Shown: positions 7,499 through 17,801 of the stretch, piece after piece
Layout: the number at the start of each line of letters is the position of its first letter
Position numbering within the stretch: the stretch's first letter is position 1
Assembly (NCBI GenBank): GCA_046543065.1
Contig: JBKHAE010000002.1
Span: 7,144-71,143 of the forward strand
Direction: 5' to 3'
From: Desulfobacterales bacterium
Lineage (GTDB): Bacteria; Desulfobacterota; Desulfobacteria; Desulfobacterales; Desulfosalsimonadaceae
DNA: 64,000 nt
Notes under the pieces: generated by a model
The model's input: only the letters and a program-made list of their open reading frames with translations
What the model was told of the DNA's origin: nothing
The model's database searches: none
Made by a program: the position numbers and the translations under genes

Positions 7499-9634
7499 AT
7501 GGCAGACGCAAACGTCACCCGGTGGACGAGAATTCCCGATTACAATAACCCGCAGGATATGCAGACCGGTCTGCTTTTGTTTGACAATGAAAAATGCAAG
7601 CAATGCGGTATCTGCTCATTCATCTGCCCTGCCCGCTCCATTCAGATCGAAAAGGGGCCGGGTGCCTGGCGCAGCGGCCTGCCGCGGCTGATTTATTCCT
7701 ATCCCGGCATCACCGACTGCATTGCCTGCGGCTGCTGTGTGACAGCATGCCCGGAGGAGGCTATTTCCATCAAATGCCCGTTTAACCCGGGATATTTCTA
7801 CCAGCGCCTGACCCAGACCCAGGATCTGACTTTTCCCAAACAATATGATGCGCACCTGATCCCCCCTGTTGGTGAAACTTCCAATGAAAAGGCACAGGAA
7901 AGCGCAGTAAAGCCCGGTGGCGGGGAAACGCCAAAGACGGATGCGCGAAAATGGAAATTGCGCCGGCTGCAGCTATTGCGCGCAGCCCTTACCGGGGCTG
8001 TTCGCATGACGGCCGATGATATCCGCGAGGGGCGATTTATTAGAAACATTTCCGCCAAGTGGCGAAAGGAACCCACCGATCTGTCCTGGGCGGAACTTCT
8101 GGAATCCCGGGCCCGGCAGGTGCCGGAGAAAAAATTTCTTTTATATGAGGACGAAACATTCACCTACCGGCAGATGAATGAGAATGCCAACCGGGTGGCC
8201 AATTTCCTGCTGGCCAACGGCGGGGGCAAGGGAATGGGGCTGGGTATTTATATGAAAAACTCCCCCCGGTTCCTTGATTTGTTTTTCGGCGCCCAGAAAA
8301 TCGGGATGTACCTGGTGCCAATGAACCCGGAGCTTAAGGGGGAAGGCCTGGCCTACCTGATCAACCACAGTGATATCCAGATGCTGGCCGCAGATGCGGA
8401 ACTCATCTCTTCGGTTGAAAACATACCCGAACCCCTTCATAAAGTCTCCAAATTTATTGTCGATGATGTTGAAAAAGAGGCTGCCGGCTTTGCCGTGCCC
8501 GATCATTATATTTCATTAAGCCAGGCCTATGGCGTGACTCCGGACAATCCGGGCGTCGGCTACAACCCGGACGACATGTGTCTGATCATTTATACCTCAG
8601 GGACCACCGGACGGCCCAAGGGGGTTGTATATCGCTATAAAACATCTTCTGTGCGCCTTCTCATGTTTTATGCCCAGGTGCTGCTTAAAGAAGATGACGT
8701 CTATTATACCTGCCTCCCCCTGTGCCACGGCAATGCCCTCTTGATCACCACCACCATGTCCCTGGCGCGGAAAGCCACGGTCGCGCTTTCCAGAAAATTC
8801 TCCGCCAGCCGGTTCTGGGATCAGATCCGGGCCTATGACGCCACCATTTTCAATACCATCGGCTCCATCATCCCGATTCTCATGAAGCAGCCGGAAAAAG
8901 AAACCGAGCGGCACAACAACGTCCGCTGCGTATTTTCCGCTGCGTGCCCGGCGGATATGTGGGAGCCGTTTGAAAAGCGATTCGGGGTGACCCTCTATGA
9001 AGGCTACGGTGCAGTGGACGGCGGCGGCAAGGGCATTATGAACCTGGGTACGGCGCCCGTGGGATCGCTGGGCAAGCCGAACCGGGCGGGCGACATAAAA
9101 ATCGTGGATGACAGCGGTGCGGAAGTGCCGACCGGAGAGACCGGCGAATTGCTGTTCAAGGTTAAAACCGGCGGCAGCCGCGTGGAATATTACAAAAACG
9201 AAGAAGCTTCCATGGAAAAAGCAAAAGATGGGTGGCTCTATACCGGCGACCTGGTCCGGCAGGATGTGGAGGGATTCGTCTATTTCGTGGGCAGAAACAC
9301 CGAATCCATGCGTAAATCAGGTGAAAATGTGTCCGCCTACGAAGTCGAACACGTGATTATGAAGCATCCGGCTGTTGAAGACGTCGCCGTCTATGCGGTG
9401 CCTTCGGAAATGAGCGAGGATGAAATCATGGCCGCCGTGAAGCTGGTAGACGGACACACGCTTTCCGGCAGGGATTTGAGGGATTTCTTGTCCCAGAAAC
9501 TTGCAAAATACGCGATTCCCCGGTACGTGCGCTTTGTTGAAGAATTTCCCAAAACCACCTCCCACCGGATCATCAAGCGCGAACTTGAAGCCGAAGGGGT
9601 CACCGCGGACACCTATGATGCAAATAAAGAGTAA
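7499..9634 (+). CDS. Fusion protein: N-terminal 2x[4Fe-4S] ferredoxin domain + FATP/very-long-chain-type AMP-dependent acyl-CoA ligase
   Basis: CKQCGICSFICP and CIACGCCVTACP motifs lie in the first ~130 aa. These are followed by the ANL motifs YTSGTTGRPKG, GYGAVDGGG and DGWLYTGDL...VGRNTESMRKSGENVSAYEVE. The ATG at 7499 is preceded by GGGGGAG. Confidence 0.8.
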   Translation: MADANVTRWTRIPDYNNPQDMQTGLLLFDNEKCKQCGICSFICPARSIQIEKGPGAWRSGLPRLIYSYPGITDCIACGCCVTACPEEAISIKCPFNPGYFYQRLTQTQDLTFPKQYDAHLIPPVGETSNEKAQESAVKPGGGETPKTDARKWKLRRLQLLRAALTGAVRMTADDIREGRFIRNISAKWRKEPTDLSWAELLESRARQVPEKKFLLYEDETFTYRQMNENANRVANFLLANGGGKGMGLGIYMKNSPRFLDLFFGAQKIGMYLVPMNPELKGEGLAYLINHSDIQMLAADAELISSVENIPEPLHKVSKFIVDDVEKEAAGFAVPDHYISLSQAYGVTPDNPGVGYNPDDMCLIIYTSGTTGRPKGVVYRYKTSSVRLLMFYAQVLLKEDDVYYTCLPLCHGNALLITTTMSLARKATVALSRKFSASRFWDQIRAYDATIFNTIGSIIPILMKQPEKETERHNNVRCVFSAACPADMWEPFEKRFGVTLYEGYGAVDGGGKGIMNLGTAPVGSLGKPNRAGDIKIVDDSGAEVPTGETGELLFKVKTGGSRVEYYKNEEASMEKAKDGWLYTGDLVRQDVEGFVYFVGRNTESMRKSGENVSAYEVEHVIMKHPAVEDVAVYAVPSEMSEDEIMAAVKLVDGHTLSGRDLRDFLSQKLAKYAIPRYVRFVEEFPKTTSHRIIKRELEAEGVTADTYDANKE

Positions 9635-9680
9635 GAGTAAGAGCAAGAGTAAGATTAAGACGGAGATTAAGACGGAGAGG
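9629..9680 (+). repeat. Hexamer tandem repeat family, copy 2 (longest), with a 12-nt direct repeat gattaagacgga x2
   Basis: gagtaagagtaagagcaagagtaagattaagacggagattaagacggagagg. It spans the ligase stop codon and runs into the RBS of the next gene. Confidence 0.8.
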
Positions 9681-9691
9681 AGACCCCACCT

Positions 9692-11194
9692 ATGATTTCA
9701 AGAAGCGAAATCAAGCAGTATTCGGCCAAGCCGCCTTTATTTGAAGACAGCATCTGCAGTCTCCCCTCTATTCCCAGGCAGCCCAAAACCATGGGCAGAG
9801 AAACCAAAAAAATTATTGCCCTGGCCAGAAAATTCAATCAGGAGGTCGTCCGGCCCTATGCCCTGGAGCTTGATTTAAAGATGCAGGCATCGCCGGATTT
9901 TATTCCCTGGGATTTTGTGGAGCAGGCCAATGAGTGGGGGTTTTATACGGGGTGGATTCCGAAAATTTTCGGCGGCAAAGGGTGGAACATGCCCTCCATG
10001 GCCTACTTTATTGAGGAAATCGCATCAGAGTGCCTGGCCATGGCGAATCTGATCGGCGTTCATTATCTTGGCGTCTCCACCCTCACCGCCACGGGAAACG
10101 TTCGCTTGATTAATAAAATCTGCCGGGATGTCGCCAATGGCGAAAAAACCCATAGTCCCTGTTTGGTGACCCTTGCCATTACCGAACCCGGTGCCGGAAC
10201 GGATGTAGAAGAAATTGACCTGGTGGACAAGGCAAATATTGCCTGCCATGCAGAAAGGGTGGCCGGCGGCTACAACATCAACGGCACCAAGGTATTTATT
10301 TCAAACGGCCACATCTCCACCTGGCACATGGTCATCGCGTATTCGGATTTGGCCAAACCCTCTGAAAACACGGTGGTCCTGGCGGTAAAAACCGGCGACA
10401 AGGGATTTTCCTTCGGCCGCATGGAACGGAAAATGGGCCAGAAGGGATGTCCGGCCAGCGAACTGATATTCAAGGACTGCTTTGTGCCCGACGAATATGT
10501 CTGCTTTGACCCGGATCAGGTTCGCTTCCTTAAGCGTCCGGTCCGGGAATCGGCCATGCAGATGATCGATTACGTGGTCGCGGTCACCCGGGCCGGTGTG
10601 GGGGCTTTCGGTACGGGCGCGGCACGGGCCGCCTACGCCGAGGCTTTGAAATTTGCCTCTGAAACGACTGTCGGCGGCAAACTGCTCATCAATCATGAAT
10701 GGGCCCAGTGCATGCTGGCCGAAATGCTTAAAAATGTTATGATCGCCCGCCTGACCTATGTTGAGGCCAATTACGCCAATGGCCTGTACGGCGCCTTCCG
10801 GGAACTTCAGAGAAAGCCCCTGTATTACTACTACAAGCTGATGCCCGCCAAATTCTTTGACAAGGTAATTGCGCCAATAACGGAAAAACCATTTATGACA
10901 AAGACCTTTCGGAAAATCCAGCTGGACGGCCAAACCGACGAAGAGATTCATCGAACCTCCGGCTGGGGGTCACTCAGCAAATTCTGCGCCACCGATATAG
11001 GAATTCGTAACTGCCAAATGGCGATAGAACTTATGGGCCATCACGGGCTGCGCCACAGCAGCCGGGTGGAAAAAATGCTGCGGGATGCAAAGCTTCTCCA
11101 GATCTATGAAGGAACCAATCAGCTCAACCGGCTAAACCTTTTCAAATGCTTGATTGCCAAAGATTTTCCGCAAGCGGTCGTATTTGCCGAATAA
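9692..11194 (+). CDS. Acyl-CoA dehydrogenase, large (catalytic) subunit with a C-terminal-domain insertion
   Basis: ACAD motifs TEPGAGTD and GTKVFISNG are present. The catalytic-base motif LLQIYEGTNQ is also present. 500 aa, about 100 aa longer than typical ACADs. Confidence 0.8.
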   Translation: MISRSEIKQYSAKPPLFEDSICSLPSIPRQPKTMGRETKKIIALARKFNQEVVRPYALELDLKMQASPDFIPWDFVEQANEWGFYTGWIPKIFGGKGWNMPSMAYFIEEIASECLAMANLIGVHYLGVSTLTATGNVRLINKICRDVANGEKTHSPCLVTLAITEPGAGTDVEEIDLVDKANIACHAERVAGGYNINGTKVFISNGHISTWHMVIAYSDLAKPSENTVVLAVKTGDKGFSFGRMERKMGQKGCPASELIFKDCFVPDEYVCFDPDQVRFLKRPVRESAMQMIDYVVAVTRAGVGAFGTGAARAAYAEALKFASETTVGGKLLINHEWAQCMLAEMLKNVMIARLTYVEANYANGLYGAFRELQRKPLYYYYKLMPAKFFDKVIAPITEKPFMTKTFRKIQLDGQTDEEIHRTSGWGSLSKFCATDIGIRNCQMAIELMGHHGLRHSSRVEKMLRDAKLLQIYEGTNQLNRLNLFKCLIAKDFPQAVVFAE

Positions 11195-11209
11195 CCTCAG
11201 GAGGTCGCC

Positions 11210-12328
11210 ATGATTGCAGGCTCGGACAGGGAGTTAAAGATGCTGGACAAGGCATCCGCAGAATTTGCCAGAAAGGAACTCGCCCCGGCGCGGCAGGACA
11301 ATGACGCCTATCCCTTCGCCCCTTTTTTTGACGGAGTATTAAAAAAAGCCTATGATCTGGATTTTTTCCACATCGTCCTGCCGGAAACCTGCAGCGGGGT
11401 TGGGCAGGGAATCACCGCCCTTTGCGTGATTTTATACAATATCTGCCGGGAAGACAGCAGCCTGGGCGGCATTGTGTTTACAAATGCCGCCTGCCAGGAA
11501 ATGCTTCTTGCCGCCGGGGCTGAAAATCTGTTGACCGCCATTACCAAAACCCCTGAGACGGCAGCAGATTGCTTGATTGCGGCGCCCATATTCAACAACC
11601 CCGTCGACATTGCCAACACTGCGGATGCTGTCATGAAAAACGGGGATTATCTGCTTTCCGGCTGCGTTGAATATGTGGTTATCGGCAATATCGCCCGCCA
11701 TGCGTTGATCCCCGCAAAAATTGAGGGCTCAGCGGACTTTTCATTCTTTCTGGTCGATTTGTCCGGCAAGGGCGTCTCGATTTCCGAACCGGTTCACAGC
11801 CTGGGGCTTCATGCGTGCCCGGCGGTGGATATCACCATGAACAGTGCGCCCGGCACCCCGCTTGGAGATACAGGGGAAGGCCGCATCTGTTTTGAGAAAA
11901 TGAGCGACCGGATGTCTGCGGCGGCGGCGGCCATGTCTGCCGGCATCATGGCCGGCGCGTTCAAAGAGGCTCTTGAATACAGCCGGGGCCGGTTTCAGGG
12001 CGGCCGGGAAATCGTCAACTGGTCGGAAGTGCGTATGCTCCTGGCTGAAATGGCCGTCAAAGTCAAAACTGCGGAGGCCATGCTTGCAAGTGTCTGCCGG
12101 GCCGTTGACACCAATGAAGCCGGCTGGCAGGATTACGCGCGGGCTTCGGCGATCGAGATCCAGAGAAATGCCTGCGATTTGACCACGGACGGCATTCAGA
12201 TCCTGGGCGGCGTCGGCTACATGAAGGATTTCGGCCAGGAAAAACGCTTCCGGGACGCCAAGCATATCCAGGCGCTTCTGGGAATGGTGCCCATGAAAAA
12301 GCTTCGGCTTATTAAAAGATTGATTTAG
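11210..12328 (+). CDS. Acyl-CoA dehydrogenase family protein, probable non-catalytic partner subunit
   Basis: ACAD-like length and C-terminal helices (GGVGYMKDFGQEKRFRDAK). The position of the YEGT catalytic Glu reads IQALLGM. It starts 15 nt downstream of the large subunit. Confidence 0.65.
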   Translation: MIAGSDRELKMLDKASAEFARKELAPARQDNDAYPFAPFFDGVLKKAYDLDFFHIVLPETCSGVGQGITALCVILYNICREDSSLGGIVFTNAACQEMLLAAGAENLLTAITKTPETAADCLIAAPIFNNPVDIANTADAVMKNGDYLLSGCVEYVVIGNIARHALIPAKIEGSADFSFFLVDLSGKGVSISEPVHSLGLHACPAVDITMNSAPGTPLGDTGEGRICFEKMSDRMSAAAAAMSAGIMAGAFKEALEYSRGRFQGGREIVNWSEVRMLLAEMAVKVKTAEAMLASVCRAVDTNEAGWQDYARASAIEIQRNACDLTTDGIQILGGVGYMKDFGQEKRFRDAKHIQALLGMVPMKKLRLIKRLI

Positions 12329-12357
12329 AATTAACATCAAAGCCATACCGGAACAAA

Positions 12358-13419
12358 ATGAATCCAGCGCCTACACATACCGCAATGAACTTCCTGGGCG
12401 CAGCGGTTGATAAAGCCTTTCTGCTTGCGCCCAAAATACTCGCCCCGTTTCGCCCCAAACGAGCGATTGATCCGGACATTTATGAAGAACAGGTGAATTT
12501 TTATTTTGACCAGGGCTTTGTTGACCACCCGGAAACCTTCTTCTGTTTTCCTGAAAACCCGCCGGATTACAGAATAGCCGGCGAGGCTCCCTACCTGGAT
12601 GGGAAATACCAGGAGTTCCAATTTATAAGCGGTTATACACCGCGTAATCCAATGCTCCGGGAGCAATACCTCGGTTACGAAAACAATCGAACCGGCTATT
12701 TTCTCCGGTGGACGCACGGTGATCGGAAAAGAAAAACCGTATTGTGCCTTCACGGGTATATGCTGGGCGATCCCGGGCAGGCGGAAAAAATGTTCAAAAT
12801 TCGCAGGCTATACCGTATGGGGCTTGACGTCGCCCTTTTTATAACGCCCTTTCACTGGAAAAGAGCGCCTAAGAACCCTTCCCGGCGGGGGATTTTCCTG
12901 CAGCCGGACGATGTGGTGATGACCTGTGAGTGTTTCGGCCAGACCATGCACGACCTCTATGCTACCATGCTAATACTTGCCCGGCTCGGTGCCGGCCCCG
13001 TCGGGATCATCGGGGCGAGTCTCGGCGGCTACAATGCCGCCCTGTTTACCGGGCTCACCGATATCATGGCCTTTACCGCCATGATGGTGCCGGCGGTTAA
13101 TTTTTCAAAACCGTTCGGCCCTGATACGGCCAAACTGCCATTTGCGCCGTCACCGGCCTTGTCAGCGAAAATACAGCAGATATGGACCCTTCATTCCCCC
13201 CTAAATTTTACCCCCTGCATTTCGAATCAAAAGATTCTCATTATCGCATCACAGGGCGACAAACTTTGCCCTTTTGAACACGTTAAAGCCCTTTGCGAGA
13301 AATGGGCCTGGCCCCGTCATCATTTTATGACCGGCGGCCACTGGCTGGTATTGCATCCCAGGGAGCGGGGCCGCGCGTGGTATCAGTTCTTGAGGGATAT
13401 GGGGTTTGATGGCCGTTAA
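12358..13419 (+). CDS. Alpha/beta hydrolase fold protein
   Basis: Nucleophile elbow IIGASLGGYNA (GxSxG) and an upstream LHGYMLG oxyanion-type motif. Confidence 0.7.
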   Translation: MNPAPTHTAMNFLGAAVDKAFLLAPKILAPFRPKRAIDPDIYEEQVNFYFDQGFVDHPETFFCFPENPPDYRIAGEAPYLDGKYQEFQFISGYTPRNPMLREQYLGYENNRTGYFLRWTHGDRKRKTVLCLHGYMLGDPGQAEKMFKIRRLYRMGLDVALFITPFHWKRAPKNPSRRGIFLQPDDVVMTCECFGQTMHDLYATMLILARLGAGPVGIIGASLGGYNAALFTGLTDIMAFTAMMVPAVNFSKPFGPDTAKLPFAPSPALSAKIQQIWTLHSPLNFTPCISNQKILIIASQGDKLCPFEHVKALCEKWAWPRHHFMTGGHWLVLHPRERGRAWYQFLRDMGFDGR

Positions 13420-13546
13420 GCGCAGCAAAAATGTGGGACTTTTTACACAGCCGAGCAGCAACCCATCAAATACTGCAGAAAATGCGAATTCGCCTGCCCG
13501 GTGGGGAAATAATTGGATAACCGGATGCGACGTCCTGCCCGACGGG

Positions 13547-13831
13547 CTATTTTCCGGCATCCACCATCATGATACAGTTTTCCGTTCCGAACTGATTCCG
13601 GACCCGCTGGGTATTCTCGGCATCCAGGCGCCATTTCCCATCGACCTGGAATTTGTATTCATAACGGCCGGGCGCCAGCATCACCGTCTTTTCCCACTGC
13701 CCGCCAGAATTTCGGCGCATCGGATGTCTGTCAGGGTCCCAGTTATTGAAATCCCCAACCAGACAAACATTCTTTGCATCTTTTGTTTGCAGTTGAAACT
13801 TAATCCGCCGCTTTCCTTTGTTGTTTTTCAT
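13547..13831 (-). CDS. Stand-alone CBM48/AMPK-beta-like glycogen-binding domain protein
   Basis: VCLVGDFNNWDPDRHPMRRNSGGQWEKTVMLAPGRYEYKFQVDGKW. The start was moved to the ATG at 13831, which has a GGAGG RBS. Confidence 0.7.
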   Translation of the reverse strand: MKNNKGKRRIKFQLQTKDAKNVCLVGDFNNWDPDRHPMRRNSGGQWEKTVMLAPGRYEYKFQVDGKWRLDAENTQRVRNQFGTENCIMMVDAGK

Positions 13832-13897
13832 TCTGACACCTCCAAGAGCAGATTTTTTTAGCATTTGGTAAGTGAAAATTGAAACGGATCGCGCAAA

Positions 13898-14329
13898 TCA
13901 GGACACAATCTCCGGTTTTAAAATTATTTTCGTTTTTACCGAGTTTGATATCAGGCACATATGCTCCGATTTTTGGATGATCCGCTCCGCCCGGTCGATA
14001 TCCTTTTCAAATGTTACCTTGACCAACGGCTGGAGCACGACTTCCGATATCATGTAAAGGCCCTCGACTTTTTCAAGCTTCCCCCGGGCCCGGCATTCAT
14101 AGAAATCAAACGCCAGCCTGGAATTCTCGGCAATGGCAAAAAAGGTCGTCATCAGACACCCGTTGATGGCGGCCACGAAGAGATGTTCAGGCGCCCAGAC
14201 ATTGGCAACAGCCCCCGGAAACGGCGGGGCGGTCCCCGTATGAAGGGTCGGAAGCGTGGGTTCGGTGAGTTCCCCTTCTTTTCCCTGCTTCCATTTGGCT
14301 TTTACCTCATAGTAATGCGCCATATCCAT
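13898..14329 (-). CDS. OsmC/Ohr family protein
   Basis: 143 aa with the two conserved Cys contexts (AAINGCLMT and SEHMCLISNS) typical of the OsmC family. GGAGGAG RBS. Confidence 0.65.
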   Translation of the reverse strand: MDMAHYYEVKAKWKQGKEGELTEPTLPTLHTGTAPPFPGAVANVWAPEHLFVAAINGCLMTTFFAIAENSRLAFDFYECRARGKLEKVEGLYMISEVVLQPLVKVTFEKDIDRAERIIQKSEHMCLISNSVKTKIILKPEIVS

Positions 14330-14343
14330 GGACCTCTCCTCCT

Positions 14344-14585
14344 CTATCCCGTCCGGTCCGAGAGATAGGCCAGCATGCCTGAGAGCGTCTTTAACCTGCC
14401 GTAATCCGCCTCCGGTATTTCAACCCCTAATTTTTCATGCAGGGCGATGATGACGTTTAAGAAATCGAATGAATCGATATCCAGCGCCCGTCGCAAATCC
14501 TCATCCGGGGAAACGGCATTGGGATCCATCTCAGGGGCCATCTCCTGCAGGGTATCAAGCACAATTGCCTTCAGTTGCTCTTCCC

Positions 14586-14589
<4 letters not shown>
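14344..14589 (-). CDS. Acyl/peptidyl carrier protein (phosphopantetheine-binding), paralog 1
   Basis: 81 aa with the Ser attachment motif [16 protein letters not shown] overlap with the E2 stop. Paralogous to 21418-21669. Confidence 0.75.
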
Positions 14590-15795
<1,206 letters not shown>

Positions 15796-15803
<8 letters not shown>

Positions 15804-16797
15804 TGCCTGCCACCATCCTTTTTACCCTCGAGACAATCGTTTCCGCCTGCGGCAGCGCGGCCTGCTCCAGATGCCCTGCATAGGGCATGGGCACTTCAGC
15901 CCCGCAGATCCGTGCCACAGGCGCGTCCAAGTCATAAAGCGCGTTTTCCGTGATCCGCGCGCTGACCTCCGCAGATATCCCCCCGCTGCACCAGCCGTCA
16001 TCCACGATGATCGCCCGGTGCGTCCGGCTGATGGATGCCAAAAAGGTTTGATCATCAAGGGGGCGAAGGGTGCGAAGATCGATCACTTCCATTTCTATCC
16101 CCTCGGCAGCCAGTTGATCCGCCGCAGCCAGGGCCTTGTATAAACCCGCCCCATAAGTTATAGAGGTTATGTCCCCACCCGATCGCATGATGCGGGCCCG
16201 GTCAATATCCACGGCATCCAAATCGGCAGGGATCTCCCCCTCCATGCCGTAAAGGGTGTTATTTTCGAAAATGAGCACGGGGTCGGGATCTGCCAGCGCG
16301 GTGGAAAGCATGCCACGGGCATCTGAGATTGTTGCCGGGGTGAGCACTTTAATGCCCGGTATATGGGCATACCACCCTTCGAGGCTGTGCGAATGCTGGG
16401 CTGCCAGCTGTTTGCCGCCCCCGGTCGCCATGCGGATCACCACCGGCACATTGAACTGACCGCCGGACATGTGCAGATAGGCGGAGGCATTATTTAATAT
16501 CTGGTCTGCCGCCAGCAGACTGAAGTTCACTGTCATGATCTCGACAATCGGCCGCATTCCGCCAAGTGCCGCGCCGATGCCGGCGCCCACAAAGGCGGAT
16601 TCCGACAGCGGCGTATCCCGGATCCGCTCCGGGCCGAACTCCGCCAGAAGCCCCTTGGAAACCGCAAAACAGCCGCCGTACCGGCCCACATCCTCGCCCA
16701 TCAGAAAAATGCGCGGGTCCTTGCGCAGGGCCGCCCCGATCGCCTCCCGCATGGCCTCCCGGTAGGTGAACTTAACAGGGGAGTGCAGGGTGTTCAT
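15796..16797 (-). CDS. 2-oxoacid/acetoin dehydrogenase E1 component, beta subunit
   Basis: Transketolase-like pyrimidine-binding and C-terminal domains ([33 protein letters not shown]). The start at 16797 forms an ATGA overlap with the E1alpha stop. Confidence 0.9.
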
Positions 16798-17801
16798 GCG
16801 GTCCTCCGATCCGAGTACACAAACCGGGTCAGCTCGGATGCCGGCTCCCATGTCCCGGCCTCGGCAAAGGCCACCGCATCCCGGATTTCACCCTCTACCC
16901 GTTCTTCCATACCGCTCATTTCCGTATCCGTTAACATTCCCCTGCCCTTGAGATGCCTCGCAAGCATCACGATCGGGCAGCGCTTTTTCCACTCTTCCAC
17001 CTCAACCTTCTCCCGGTAAAGCTCCGGATCGAACATGGAGTGGGCCCGAAACCGGTAGGTGCGGCATTCCAACAAAAACGGGCCCGTCCCCTTCCGTACC
17101 CTTTCCGCGGCGCTGCCGGCGGCCTTGGCCACCGCCAGCACATCCATTCCATCCACGGCTTCAGCGGCAATATTATAAGCAGCCGCCTTTGCCGCGACAT
17201 CGGTTACCGATTCAGACAACGCCAGGGCGGTGCCCATGGCATAAAGGTTGTTTTCGCAGATAAACAAAACCGGCAGGCGCCAGAGCGCGGCAAGGTTCAT
17301 TGACTCATGAAACTCCCCTTCCGCCACCGCCCCTTCGCCGAAAAAGCAGCAGGTGATCCGGGATTTCTTCTGTATCCGGTCGGCAAGCGCCAGCCCTGCA
17401 GCAAGGGGAAGGCCGGAGCCCACGATGGCATTTCCGCCGAAAAAACGCGTTACTTTATCAAACAGGTGCATGGACCCGCCGCGGCCCCGGCTGCAGCCCT
17501 CCTGTTTTCCATACAGCTCGGCCATAATCGAGCGGGCGGAGATACCCCGGGCCAGGGCATGCCCATGCTCCCGGTAGGTGGCCACAATGGCGTCTTCTGC
17601 GGTTAGCGCCGCCATCACACCGACCGCCACCGCCTCCTCGCCGTTGTAGAGATGCAGGAAACCCCGGATTTTCATGGCGCTGTAAAGTTCGGCGCACTTT
17701 TCCTCAAACCGACGAATCAGAAGCATCTGGTAAAGCAGCTGGTGCGCATGTGCGCGTTCCGCGGCCGATTCGGTTTTTTCATGGGTCCGCATTTCCTTCA
17801 T
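16794..17801 (-). CDS. 2-oxoacid/acetoin dehydrogenase E1 component, alpha subunit (ThDP-binding)
   Basis: ThDP motif [36 protein letters not shown] overlap with the upstream ligase stop. Confidence 0.9.
   Translation of the reverse strand: MKEMRTHEKTESAAERAHAHQLLYQMLLIRRFEEKCAELYSAMKIRGFLHLYNGEEAVAVGVMAALTAEDAIVATYREHGHALARGISARSIMAELYGKQEGCSRGRGGSMHLFDKVTRFFGGNAIVGSGLPLAAGLALADRIQKKSRITCCFFGEGAVAEGEFHESMNLAALWRLPVLFICENNLYAMGTALALSESVTDVAAKAAAYNIAAEAVDGMDVLAVAKAAGSAAERVRKGTGPFLLECRTYRFRAHSMFDPELYREKVEVEEWKKRCPIVMLARHLKGRGMLTDTEMSGMEERVEGEIRDAVAFAEAGTWEPASELTRFVYSDRRTA

Noticed and set aside
9629-9680. The hexamer repeat tracts as a possible CRISPR array.
   Set aside because: The units are 6 nt with no spacers, and the total length is under 55 bp. 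No cas genes are present. This is a simple tandem repeat.
13406-13861. 151-aa plus-strand ORF overlapping the CBM48 gene.
   Set aside because: It is antisense to a gene with a clear CBM48 motif and a good RBS. It has no motif of its own.
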